Positions 37,901-47,966 of a stretch of DNA of 64,000 bases are shown here, one piece after another. The stretch is from Cyanophora paradoxa CCMP329. Its lineage: Eukaryota; Plantae; Glaucophyta. The notes beneath the pieces were generated by a model that worked only from the letters and a program-made list of their open reading frames with translations, had not been told where the DNA came from and did no database searches. The stretch is from positions 62,001 to 126,000 of the forward strand of contig QPMI01000490.1 in NCBI GenBank assembly GCA_004431415.1. The letters are read 5' to 3'. Both the position numbers and the translations under genes were made by a program. Within the stretch, counting starts at the first letter, position 1; each line of letters opens with the position of its first letter.

Positions 37901-39337
37901 GCACCTTTGCTTGTGCGAGCTTCTTCCTGCTCCGTTTTTCGCTGGGCTGAGATGACGACGGCCGTTTTTTCGACGCCCCCGGCGAAGGGGTGGATGGGGA
38001 AGCTCGAGCTCCGAGGTCTAGATCTGGGACGCAGAGCGCTAGCGCGGCTTTTTAGAATCTTCATTTGCGCTGCAGCTGGCTGCAATAATTTCGCAAATGG
38101 GACCTGCAAGTGGTGTCGAGCTTGACGATATCAATTTCGGTGTCTTCCCTGTTTCGAATATATTAATTAATTTGAGAATTCGCCGCTGGCAGCTGCAGCT
38201 GCAACGACTTCGGTGGCTTCCGCTTCCGCACCGGGTTCGGAGCTTGCAATTGATGATGCCGCTGGCGTCGGCTCAGGTCTCGTTTCCTTCGTCAGGGACT
38301 CGTTGTAGTCGCCGATCCGTCTTTCCATCTGAAATGGCGTAATTGTATAAGCATCTGGTATATCTTGACCTTCAGCTTGCCTTGTCTCAGTCTCAAAGGC
38401 GGACCTTGTCGTATTTGAGCGCGGCAGGTCCGCTCCCGATCTTGTGGTAACACATGGAAAGATTTTTGCAGAGCGCGCGCAGAGCGCGCCTGAGCCGAAC
38501 ATCTGCAGCGAATGGCATGCTCGTCGGGTCGACAGCAGCCTTCCTGTCTTTGATGAACCTCGAGAAGAGTTCGTGTTTAAGAGCATCCTGGAGACCCGTT
38601 CGGAAATTCGATAAATTGTATACGTACAAGCTCTGGACAGGCGTTCATGATCACGATCAGCTATAGCTACAGCGCACCTGGTAGTACTGGACTGCGCGCC
38701 CGGCGTTCCCCTGTACTGCCTGGGTGATCTGCCCCGCATTGAAAGCGCCGAAGAGAGCTGCCTGGGTCCGTCGGTAGCGCTTTGCGGCGTGCTGTACCAT
38801 AGTCGAGGCGCTTTCTTCCTCTGACTGCCAGTAGGAACGCGTACTCATGACAGACTGCGAAGAAACCATTTTATATATATTTAATTTGAAAATTATTGCC
38901 TCCTCTTTTAATTCGCACCTCCGCGACAATTACAGCATCGTTGAAACATGGTCCTTCCAGAATGCAGCTGTTGAACTGCCACCACAAAGCTGAGGATACC
39001 AGCTCGTAAAAATCCATCGAAAATTCAGGCTCGCTTTTGATCAAGCTCAGCGTTTTAACCACTGCGTTGACTGTCTGCTTGCTCGCCGACAGGGGGGAGT
39101 GCGGTAGTGAGCTGCAACAGAGAAAGGCCGGCGCCGCAGCGAGCTCGGTACGTTTACCTCGGTCAACTCAGTGACGAGAGGCCTGATGACATCCGTGCTC
39201 TTCGGAGACAGGCTTTGCTCCCCGAGGAGATCGAAGATTTCCAGTGCTTGCTTCACCCCAGGTACATGCGAATGCCTCTGCCACTGCGAAAATGCGGGTC
39301 GAATCGACAACCGCGCGCGGCCGCCGGGTATATTCAT
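34923..39337 (-). CDS. TPR-like helical repeats + CCCH zinc finger + RING-H2 protein (putative E3 ligase), multi-exon; may be two genes
   Basis: TPR-like DVEARTALAECLFRLSYFDEA and DVEARVALAERLVRLSEFGAA. CCCH finger CRYFARGFCRLGGRCR|YLH split by an intron at about 36170-36250. RING CAICSEPL..LLCG|HEFHGSCIDGW..CPICR at about 35740-35970. C-terminal coiled coil. Ends approximate. Confidence 0.6.
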
Positions 39338-40152
39338 GCAGATGGCCTAGGTATAGATGCGGACCCGGACGCGAGCTTCGCTGTCGCGACGCGACAGATC
39401 GGGCTTGACGACGAGCAATTCCATTTCAATACTCCATTCTTCTTGCGGAGCGCCTGCGGCCTGGAGGGCGGAAATCGAGATCGGTTTCGACGAACCAACT
39501 CGCATCCGGCCGAATTCGAATTTAAAAAACAAGCACGGCGAAGTCTCGGAGTCGGCAATAGCATGTGAACACTTGTCCAGATGCATCCATCGCGCTTTCG
39601 CGGTTGCCAATCGCCCGCGAAATTCGCGCCGCGAACTTCGCGCCTCCCTTCAAATTCGCGCCCGGCCGCAGCCGTCGTCTGATCGAAAATCTGCGGCAGC
39701 TGATCCTTCGAATTCGGCAGCCGATCCTTCGCAGGCGGAAAGAGGCGATTGCAAGCGGCGATTGCGAGACGAGGAAAGAGGCGGAAAGAGCGGAAAAGAA
39801 TAATATTATTTGCGTCACGGCGGACCGGCCGGGATCGTGGGGAGATATCGCCAAGCTTAAGGGTAATTTTTATTTGTATAGGCCAGGGGAGGTCCGGTCG
39901 TTGGGCGCATCCTGTAGTTCGCGCGATCGCCGTCGGCATCGGTTGCCTGAAAATTGGATTTATCTAGCACGATTCCGTCTTCTGCTGATCCGACGATCGT
40001 GTTTTTCATTGCGTCCGACGGTCCGGCCGCCCGGGCGGTCGTTCCCCTTTGGTTTAAATTTGCCTCTTCCTCGTCAACTTCTGCCTCCCCTTCAAGGCTT
40101 CGAAATTCGGCTTGCAAAAAAAATTGGCACTTGTTCCCGCGGCTAATCGATA

Positions 40153-40215
40153 TCTTGCTTATTGCACGCCGGACGGCGCGGGCCCCCCCACCACAGTCCT
40201 AGGGTTCAACGGTCT
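40153..40215 (+). repeat. Direct repeat copy B
   Basis: TCTTGCTTATTGCACGCCGGACGGCGCGGGCCCCCCCACCACAGTCCTAGGGTTCAACGGTCT. Confidence 0.9.
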
Positions 40216-40748
40216 TGAATTCGTCACAGTCACAGTTTGCGCATGCAGTCACAGTCACAATATGCAGTTCGAATTCGTATACGTACTTGCAATTGATTCA
40301 ACAGTGCGCGTGTTGTGTTATTAGTGCTTCAATATACTAGTTCTAGTCACTGAGTACAAGATGTTACTAGTCTGGTACTTCACTATGAGCTTTCGCAAGC
40401 CATATTAGCAGCAATGAATGTGCATGTCGCGATAATCCTGGAAAATTAAAATGAAATGGATCTGTAGGCATAGGCCGTGACAGCCACGTACACTGAGTAA
40501 TCTGAACTAAAAGACCGAGCAGTAAAGGGCTGTGTAAATGTGCAGCTGGGGGCTTAAATCGGCCCTCGGCCGCGATCGAGATCGGCCCTCGCGATCGACA
40601 GCTGCAGGTGACTGCCCACGGCCAGGCCTGAACACAAGATCGCGATGGGGAGGGGGGCGCCCCGACCGCGCCCCCTCCGGGAGCTCCCCGACCCTCGCGA
40701 GCCATCGGGCGCCGCCGCCCGGCGGCCGCCCCGCGGGCCACAGCCGCA

Positions 40749-43700
40749 TCAACGCGGCCCCGCCGCCTTCGCCCGCAGCCGCGTCACCTCCTGCGCAGCC
40801 CCGAGGTGCGGTCAGGGCCGACGGCCGCGGACGAGGCCGGCGCGACGCCGGCGCAGCCCCAGAGGCGAGGTCAGGGCCGAGGGCCCGGGGGGCCGGGGCC
40901 GGACGAGGCCGGCGCGACGCTGACGCTAAGGATCTGGGGGGCCGCCGCACCTCCATGAGGGCGCGGGCAGCGTCGGCCTCGCCCTGCGCCCGCATGACGA
41001 CGGAGAGGTTCTGCATCGCCGCCAGCACGTTCGGGTGCTCCGCCCCGTGCGCCCGCCTCAGCAGCCGCAGCGCCTCCTGCGAGGGGTCGAAGACGCGTGA
41101 GGAGGGGGAGGGCAGAGGGGGAGGAAAGGCGGGCGGACCTCGAGGAGGGGGCGGGCGGCGGCGGTGTCGCCCTGGGCGTGCGTCAGGTTGGCCAGGTTCA
41201 GCGTGTACGCCGCCACCGCCGCGTGCTCCGCCCCCAGCGCCGCCCTCTTCAGCCCCAGCATCTCCTGAGGGAAGGAGGAGGTCATGATCAGCCGAACGCC
41301 GGGGGAACGATCAGCGGCTGATCGCGCGCGCGCCTGGTACGCGGCGCGGGCGGCGGGGACGTCGCGCTGCTCGAGCAGCAGCGCCGCCAGTGCCTCGAGC
41401 GTCGTCGCCACGTCGGCGTGCGCCGGGCCCAGCGCCTTCTTCAGCAGCCGCAGCGCCTCCTGCGCGGGTCGCTCTCAGGTTCCAGAGGGCCCCCAAGAAG
41501 GCGAAGGCGCCGGCGCGCGCGCCTCGAGGACGGGGCGGGCGGCCGCGTAGTCCTTCTGGGCGTACAGCAGGCCCGCCAGGTTCTGCATCATCCGCCCCAC
41601 GTCGGGGTGCTCCGGCCCCAGCGCCTTCTTGAACACCCGCAGCGCCTCCTGCAAGGGCGACGGATGTCAGATAGGACTTTCGCGGAGGCGCGGGCGCGCG
41701 CGGGCGCGCGGGGCACCTCGTAGAGGGGCCGGGCGGAGGAGAGCTTTCCCTGCGCGTGCAGCAGCTGGGCGAGCCGCTGCGTCGTGTTCGCGACGTCGAG
41801 GTGGTCCGCCCCCAGCGCCTTCTTCCGCAGCCTCAGCGACTCCTGCGGAGCGGCGGGCGTCAGGCACGGGCGGCGGCCGGGTAGGCGGGCTGGCGCCGGC
41901 GGGCGCGCCTCGAGCATGGTCCGGGCCCCGGCGGCGTCGCCCTGGTCCTGCAGCAAGAGCGCCAGGTTCTGCAGCGTCGTCGCCTGCTGCGGGTGCTCCG
42001 GCCCCAGTGTCTTCTTCTGCACCCGCAGCGCCTCCTGCATGCGCGGCGTTGAAATCAAGAAAGCGAGAGGAAGGAGGAAGGCAGGGGGCCGGCACCTCGT
42101 ACAGGGGCCGCGCCGCCGCGAGCTTGCCCTGCGCCTTGAGCGCCAGGGCCAGGTTCTGCATGGTGCCCGTCACGTCCGGGTGCTCCGGCCCCATCGACTT
42201 CTTCAGCAGGCGCAGCGCTTCCTGCGCGGCGCGGAGAACGATCAACGATCTAGAGAGGGAGGGGGGCGGCGGGGGGCGCCGGCCGGACCTCGAGGAGCGG
42301 CTGCGCCGCCGCGTAGTCCCCCGCGCCGATCCGCATGCTCGCGAGGTTCTGCATCGTCTTCGCGACCTGCGGGTGCTCCGCCCCGTGCGCCTTCTTCTGC
42401 ACCCGAAGCGCCTCCTGCGCAGGCCGGTCCGAAGCCGTCAGCGGTGCGGGGCGAAGGGCAGGGAAGCAGATCTAGAGGCCCCGGTGGGGAGAGTGGCTGC
42501 GCGAGCGCGCGCTCGCCTCGAGCATGGGCCGCGCGGCGGCGGCGTCGCCCGTGGCGTAGAGCAGCAGGGCCAGGTCCTGCATGGCGGAGGCTACCTCGGG
42601 GAGCTCCGCCCCGCCCGCCTTCCTCTGCAGCCGCAGCGCCTCCTGCTCGGAAAAGGTCAGAGCTCGGAAAAGAGCGCAGAAGCGACGGGGCGGCGCGCCA
42701 CACCTCGTAGAGGGGCCGGGCGGCCGCGTAGTCGCCCTGGGCCTCGTGCAGGTTGGCCATCTTCTGCATCGCCCTCGCCACGTTCGAGTGCTCGGGCCCC
42801 AGCGCCTTCTTGTAAAGCTGCTGCGCCTCCTGCGCGGGGCGGCCGGGGCGGCCGGTCACCGACACGGACGAAGCCTAGACCTAGGGCGGGGAGGAGGAGG
42901 CGGCGGGGGCGGGCCTCGAGCAGGGGCCGCGCGGCCTTGAAGTCGCCCTGGGCCTTGAGCAGGGTGGCCAGGTTCTCCAGCGCCAGCCCGACCTCGGGGT
43001 GCCCCGGCTCCAGCGTCTTCCTCCGCACCCGCAGAGACTCCTGCCCGGCCCGCGCGCGTGGGACTCCGGCGCGGATCCGGAGAAGAAGGGGCCGGGCGCC
43101 GGGCGCCGGTCGCACCTCGTAGAGGGGGCGGGCCCCCGCGAAGTCGCCGGTCGCCATCCGCAGGTTCGCGAGGCTGAGGGCCGCCGCCGCCGCGTCCGCG
43201 TGCTCCGGCCCCCTCAACTTCGTCTGCAGCCGCAGCGCCTCCTGCGCGACCGGAAGTCAGCGGGCGCGGAGGGGCGGGTCGGCAGAGCGCGCCTGGAGGA
43301 ACGGGATGCCCTCGCCGGCGCGGCCCATCGCGTCCAGGAGGACGCCCGCCCGCCGCAGGTCCGCCGGGTCCGCCTCGTCGCTGCCCTTGTGCAGCGCCGC
43401 CGCGAGCCGCCCGGCCGCCTCCGCCGGGCGCCCGCTGGCGAGCCAGAGCCGAGCCGCCTCCGCCTCGTCCAGGTGCCGGAGGACGTCGGGCCGGCACAGG
43501 ACGTCCGCGAGGCGCTCCGCCGAGCCCGGCCCGCCCCGCGCCAGCGCCCAGGGCGCCTCCTCCGCGCGCCGCTGCGACGCCGGCCGCCGCGCGAAGAAGG
43601 CGCCCAGGCTCGCGTGCATGGCCGCCCGCTCGCCCTCCACCGGCGCCAGCGCGCCGCCGGCGCCCCGCCGGCCTCGCGGGCCAGGCCGAACTCGAGCTCG

Positions 43701-44947
43701 GCCGCCTCGCCGGCCGAGCGGTGCGCGAAGGCGAAGAGGCCGCCCCCGGAGGCGAGGAGCGGCCGGAACTCGCCCCAGAAGCGGTCCCACTCCTCGGGCT
43801 CGGGCCCGCCGATGTTGTCGACGCCCACCAAGGCCTTCAGCTCGTCCTCCGCCATGCCGCGCCGGGCGCACGCGACGGCCGATGCCGCCTCGCGCACGAG
43901 CGACGCGCCGTGGCGCGCGGCGAGGCGGCGCAGGACGGCGCGGAAGAGGTCCCGCGGCGCGCCCCCGCAGCCGAGCAGCGCGTCAACTTCGGCCTCGAGG
44001 TGGGCCTCGGCCGGGGCGCGCGAGAGCTCGTCGAGGAGGACGGCGAGGAAGAGCGGGCGGCGGCACGCCTCGGCCCGCGCGACGCGCTCGAGGCACGCGT
44101 CGGGCAGGGGGCGCCCCCGCTCGCGGAGCGCGGCCTCGGCCGCCGCGCGGCGCCGGGCCTCCGAGAGCGGCGCGACCTCGCGCGCCGTGTGAGGCCTCGC
44201 CATCGCCGCGTCGAGGACAGGGCCTGCGCGCGGGGCCGCGTCGGCGGAGCGCCGGGCGCGCGAGCGGCGGCGGCCGCCGCACCGCGCGGGCCGCTCGAGA
44301 CGAGGATGCGGAGGCGGGGGCCGGCGGCTGGCGGGAGCCATGCGAGGTCGCGCACGGCGGTCGCCGAGTCTTCCCGGAGCGCGTCCAGACCGTCCAAGGC
44401 GAGGACGACGCGGGCGGCCGAGCTGGAGGCGCCAGCGGCGAGGAAGGCGCTCAGGCGGGCGGCGACCTCGGCCTCCGAGCCGCGCAGGTTGAGGCCCTCC
44501 GTACCGGGCCATTGGGCGCGGATCACATCCCCGCTGAGGCGCCTGCCGGGCGCGTGAGCATCCGTATAAGTGGGGATGAGGGGCGCGTGCGGCGCGGGCC
44601 GCGCGGCGCCCGCACCGGGCGATGGAGGCGAGCGGCGCGCTGCCCTGCGATTCGAAGCCGAAGTACAGAATCATCACGTCGTCCGGGTGCAAGGCCGCCC
44701 ACTCTTTCGCCCAGTTGGCGAGGAGAGCTGCCGGCGGCGCATGCGGTCAGCTCGATCGGATCGAGCGGGCGGATCGATAGAACTGCGCATGCACACCGCT
44801 CTTGCCGCAGCCTTCCTCCCCGCGCACGATGAGGATCTCAGGCCCCGAGGCCGCCGCGTACGCGCTCAGGGCCTCCATCTCCTCCTCGTCGCGCACAAAC
44901 ACACGCTGCAGCATCGCGTCGCCCGCCCGCTCCGCGGGCTGATCCAT
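40749..44947 (-). CDS. NACHT/STAND NTPase + 42-aa TPR array (nephrocystin-3/NLR-like architecture)
   Basis: Walker A GEEGCGKS|ALLANW spanning an intron, Walker B VVLALDGLD, then LAWLP, PLFL and LFAFAH motifs. Twelve kinesin-light-chain-type TPRs (EALRLQKKALGPEHP.VA..MQNLA.LL.AQGD.AAARPLYE). Stop TGA 40749-40751. The start codon could be in an upstream exon. Confidence 0.85.
40951..43241 (-). repeat. Array of 12 exact 126-nt phase-0 exons, one TPR each
   Basis: Exons 43241-43116, 43040-42915, 42829-42704, 42642-42517, 42414-42289, 42221-42096, 42034-41909, 41842-41717, 41648-41523, 41459-41334, 41264-41139 and 41076-40951. Each is preceded by CAG and followed by GT or GC. Confidence 0.92.
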
Positions 44948-45529
44948 CGCAGACCCCGCCGGAGCATGTACCCCCCGAGACCCGAACTTCAGATCTGCGC
45001 CCTTCTTTTCGCATGACGTCGACGCGCTCTGAAGTCAATTCTAGGCGCAGCGCGGTGCAGGGAAGGCGGTGCAGGCCCGCTGCAGCCCAGGCGAGCTAGC
45101 GTCACATCCGGACTACAGCCGTTTCTCAGTGCTTCAGATCTAGCTATATAGACCCGATCAACCGATCGGCCCGACAGAATACATCCTCCGGCTGCGTACG
45201 TTGGTTTTGGAGAAGATCCCGGCCTCAGCTCCCAATTGTAAGCTCACGCCCGAACGTCAGACTAGTACTTAAGCTTGCACATGCATATGCATATGCGCAT
45301 GCCGGGCGAGAGCTGAGCTTTACATCGAACCGTTGGACCCCCGAAGTTCCAGCTCATGATTAGGACGTGCAACCCGCACGGGGGCCGACGCGTGCAGATC
45401 GATATCTTGAGATAGGACCGGTATACGTACCGGCCGCGGCGCGGCCCGGACGTCGACCGGGCAGAGCGCGACGTAGCCTCCGGCCGGCCGGCCAGCGCTG
45501 ATCCCTCTGAGCGATCTCGGGGCAAGGCC

Positions 45530-47476
45530 ATGGGCGTCGTGGTCTCGTCGGCGTCCGTGGCGTCTTCTCCGCCCTCCTCGCACTCCAGCTTCCAGCTGGA
45601 AAAGCCCGGGGCCGGCTCGCAGCGCCGCGGCTCGCGGCCGCGCACGCTCTCGGGCTCCTCGTCGGCGTCGGGATCGGGCGAGGCGCAGCCGCAGCCGCGG
45701 CTGCACTGGGCGCTCGCGCACGTGCACCGCCTCCAGGCGCACCTCCGCCAGCGCCTCGACTCGAACGCCCTACCGGACCCCGAGCCGCACGAGGAGGAGG
45801 CCCCCGCCCCGGCCCCGGCCCCGGCCCCGCCCCGGGCTCCTCCGGCGCGGCACGGCAGCTGGGGCTCGCGGCGGGGGTCGACGTCCCTGAACCGGGACCG
45901 GACGCCGGAGCGCCCGGAGCCGCCGGACCCCGCCGCCGCCGCCGCCGCCGCCCGCATGCTCAAGACGTTCGAGCCTTCCGCCGTCCCTTCCCTCACCGTC
46001 TGCCCCCCGCCGGCCCCGCCCCGCTCCGCCCCCGAGCACCCCGCCGAGCCGCCCCCGCGCTTCCTGCACGGGGCGCGGGAGGGGTACGGCGAGCTGGAGC
46101 GGGCGGGCCTCTCGCTGCCCGCGCTGGCGGCCCTCGTCAACCACGCGGAATTCGCGGGGGACCCGGAGGCTTGGGCCCCCGCCCTGCTCGCCCTCGCCCT
46201 CTGCGAGCTCGCCGACCGCGGGCTCGCCGGCTTCGCCCCCCCCGCCGAGGACGGCATCGCCGCCGGCGAGGCCGGGTACGGCAACTTCGCCGTCGTCCTG
46301 GCGGATCCGGGGGGGTACGAGGATGCCGAGGGGCCGGGGCTGCCCGGGGGGCTGGGGGCCATCGCCGCCTTCGTCGCCTCGCGGGGCGGGCGGGCCACGA
46401 CCCTCGAGATCTGCCGCGCCTTCATCGCTCAGGTGAGCCAGATCCCGCCCTGGCCCGCGGCCGGCGCCCCGCCGCCCCGGACCGGAGCCGGCTGGGCTGA
46501 CCGCTTACCCCCCCGCGCAGCGCGACCCGGAGGCGGAGGAGGGCACCGGGGTGCGGGGCCGCGTCTACTCCCGGGTACCCTTCCCCCCTTCCCCCCCCCT
46601 CTCCTACCCCGTCTCACGGGCCCCAGTACACGGGCGCGCTCTCGCGGGAGCTGGCGGAAGCCGGCCTCAAGCGCGTCCTGCCCCACGTCGCCGCCTTCCG
46701 CCTCCCACCCCGCCCCGCCCCGCCCCCCTCGGGCCCCGGGGGGCCGGCGCCGGCGCCGGGCGGGGCCGGCGGGGGCCGCCCCGCGATCTCGCCCTCGTGC
46801 CCGCTGACGCCGGCGGGGCGGCGGGCGGCCGTCGCCGGCGCCGTGCTCGCCGGGGCCCTCTGGGAGGCCGAGCGAGCCCGCCGCGCCCTCTCCCTCCTCT
46901 CCCGCGGCCTCCTCCGCCAGCTCTGCTCGGGCCCCCTGTACGCGTACCCCCCCGCGGAGGAGCCCGCGGCGGCGTACCCCCGGAACCCCATCCCGGCGGC
47001 GCTGATGCTGGCTCTGGAGGATAGGCAGCGCCCCCGGTTCGCCGCCTCCCTTGCCGGGCCCGCCGGCGCCGGGCCCGGCGCCGACCCCCTCCCGGGCCTC
47101 GGGCGCGTACCCCCCGAGCCCGAGCCCCCCGGGCCAGAGGGCGGGCCCGCCTTCTCCATCGACTCCGCGGACGTCCTAGCGTGCGCCGGCTACCCCTCCC
47201 CCCCCTCCTCTTCCTCACCTGAGGCGCCTCCCCCCCCCCCACCGCAGGCGGGTGCTGTTCCTCACGGAGTCGCGGCGCCCCTGGGGGCGGCGGCACCTCT
47301 GGGAGAACACGTGGGTGGCCGGCCTCGCCGCCGCCCGCGAGAAGGAGAGCCCCGGCCCCGGCCCCGGCCCCGGCCCCGAGCCCAGCCGGCAGCGCCCCGC
47401 CCCCTTGGCCTGGGCCCCCCCGGCTCCCCTGGAGCTCCCTGGCCCCGCCCCGCCCCTCCCGATCGCGGCCGCGTGA
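45530..47476 (+). CDS. Hypothetical protein, multi-exon, divergent from the NACHT-TPR gene
   Basis: Long first coding exon 45530 to about 46432 ending at CAG|GTGAG. Further exons (AGALWEAERARRALSLLSRGLLRQL; VLFLTESRRPWGRRHLWENTWVAGL). No recognised domain. Confidence 0.5.
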
Positions 47477-47573
47477 CCGCGGCGCTGCTGCCAACTTAAG
47501 CTTGGGGCCGGCACCGGTCGCCGGACAGGTGAGCCTGCAGCTGGTGACAAGTGGTGAGCCTTGAGCTCCGATC

Positions 47574-47682
47574 GCGAGCTTGGCCTGCCACTGACTCATT
47601 AGCCTTCATTAGCCTCCGAGCTTGGCCTGCCACTAGCTCACTAGCCAGCTGAAGCCTTATTGATTAGCCTTCATTGTAGCCT
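47574..47682. repeat. Short imperfect intergenic tandem repeats (GAGCTTGGCCTGCCACT x2; TTAGCCTTCATT motifs)
   Basis: Directly visible duplicated 17-mer and repeated TAGCCT units. Confidence 0.7.
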
Positions 47683-47966
47683 TGTTAATTATATACAATC
47701 GTTGGCGTTGATCACGTTGGCATCGGTTGATTGATTATATCTATAAAATTCTGCCATATCGATCTACCACATACTGAATCACGATATCGCGATCGATCGC
47801 GAGCGCGATATCGCGACGTTGATCGCGAGCTCGAGGCGAAGGCACACGACTTCCCCGACTCCCTCCCCGGGTCTCGGAAGGGGTATAGGTCCCATCGCAG
47901 CGGTGGCCAGCTCCAGTCGCAGCCGTCTGACCTCTTGTCTTTACGTGGATTCGAGCATCAATATTA

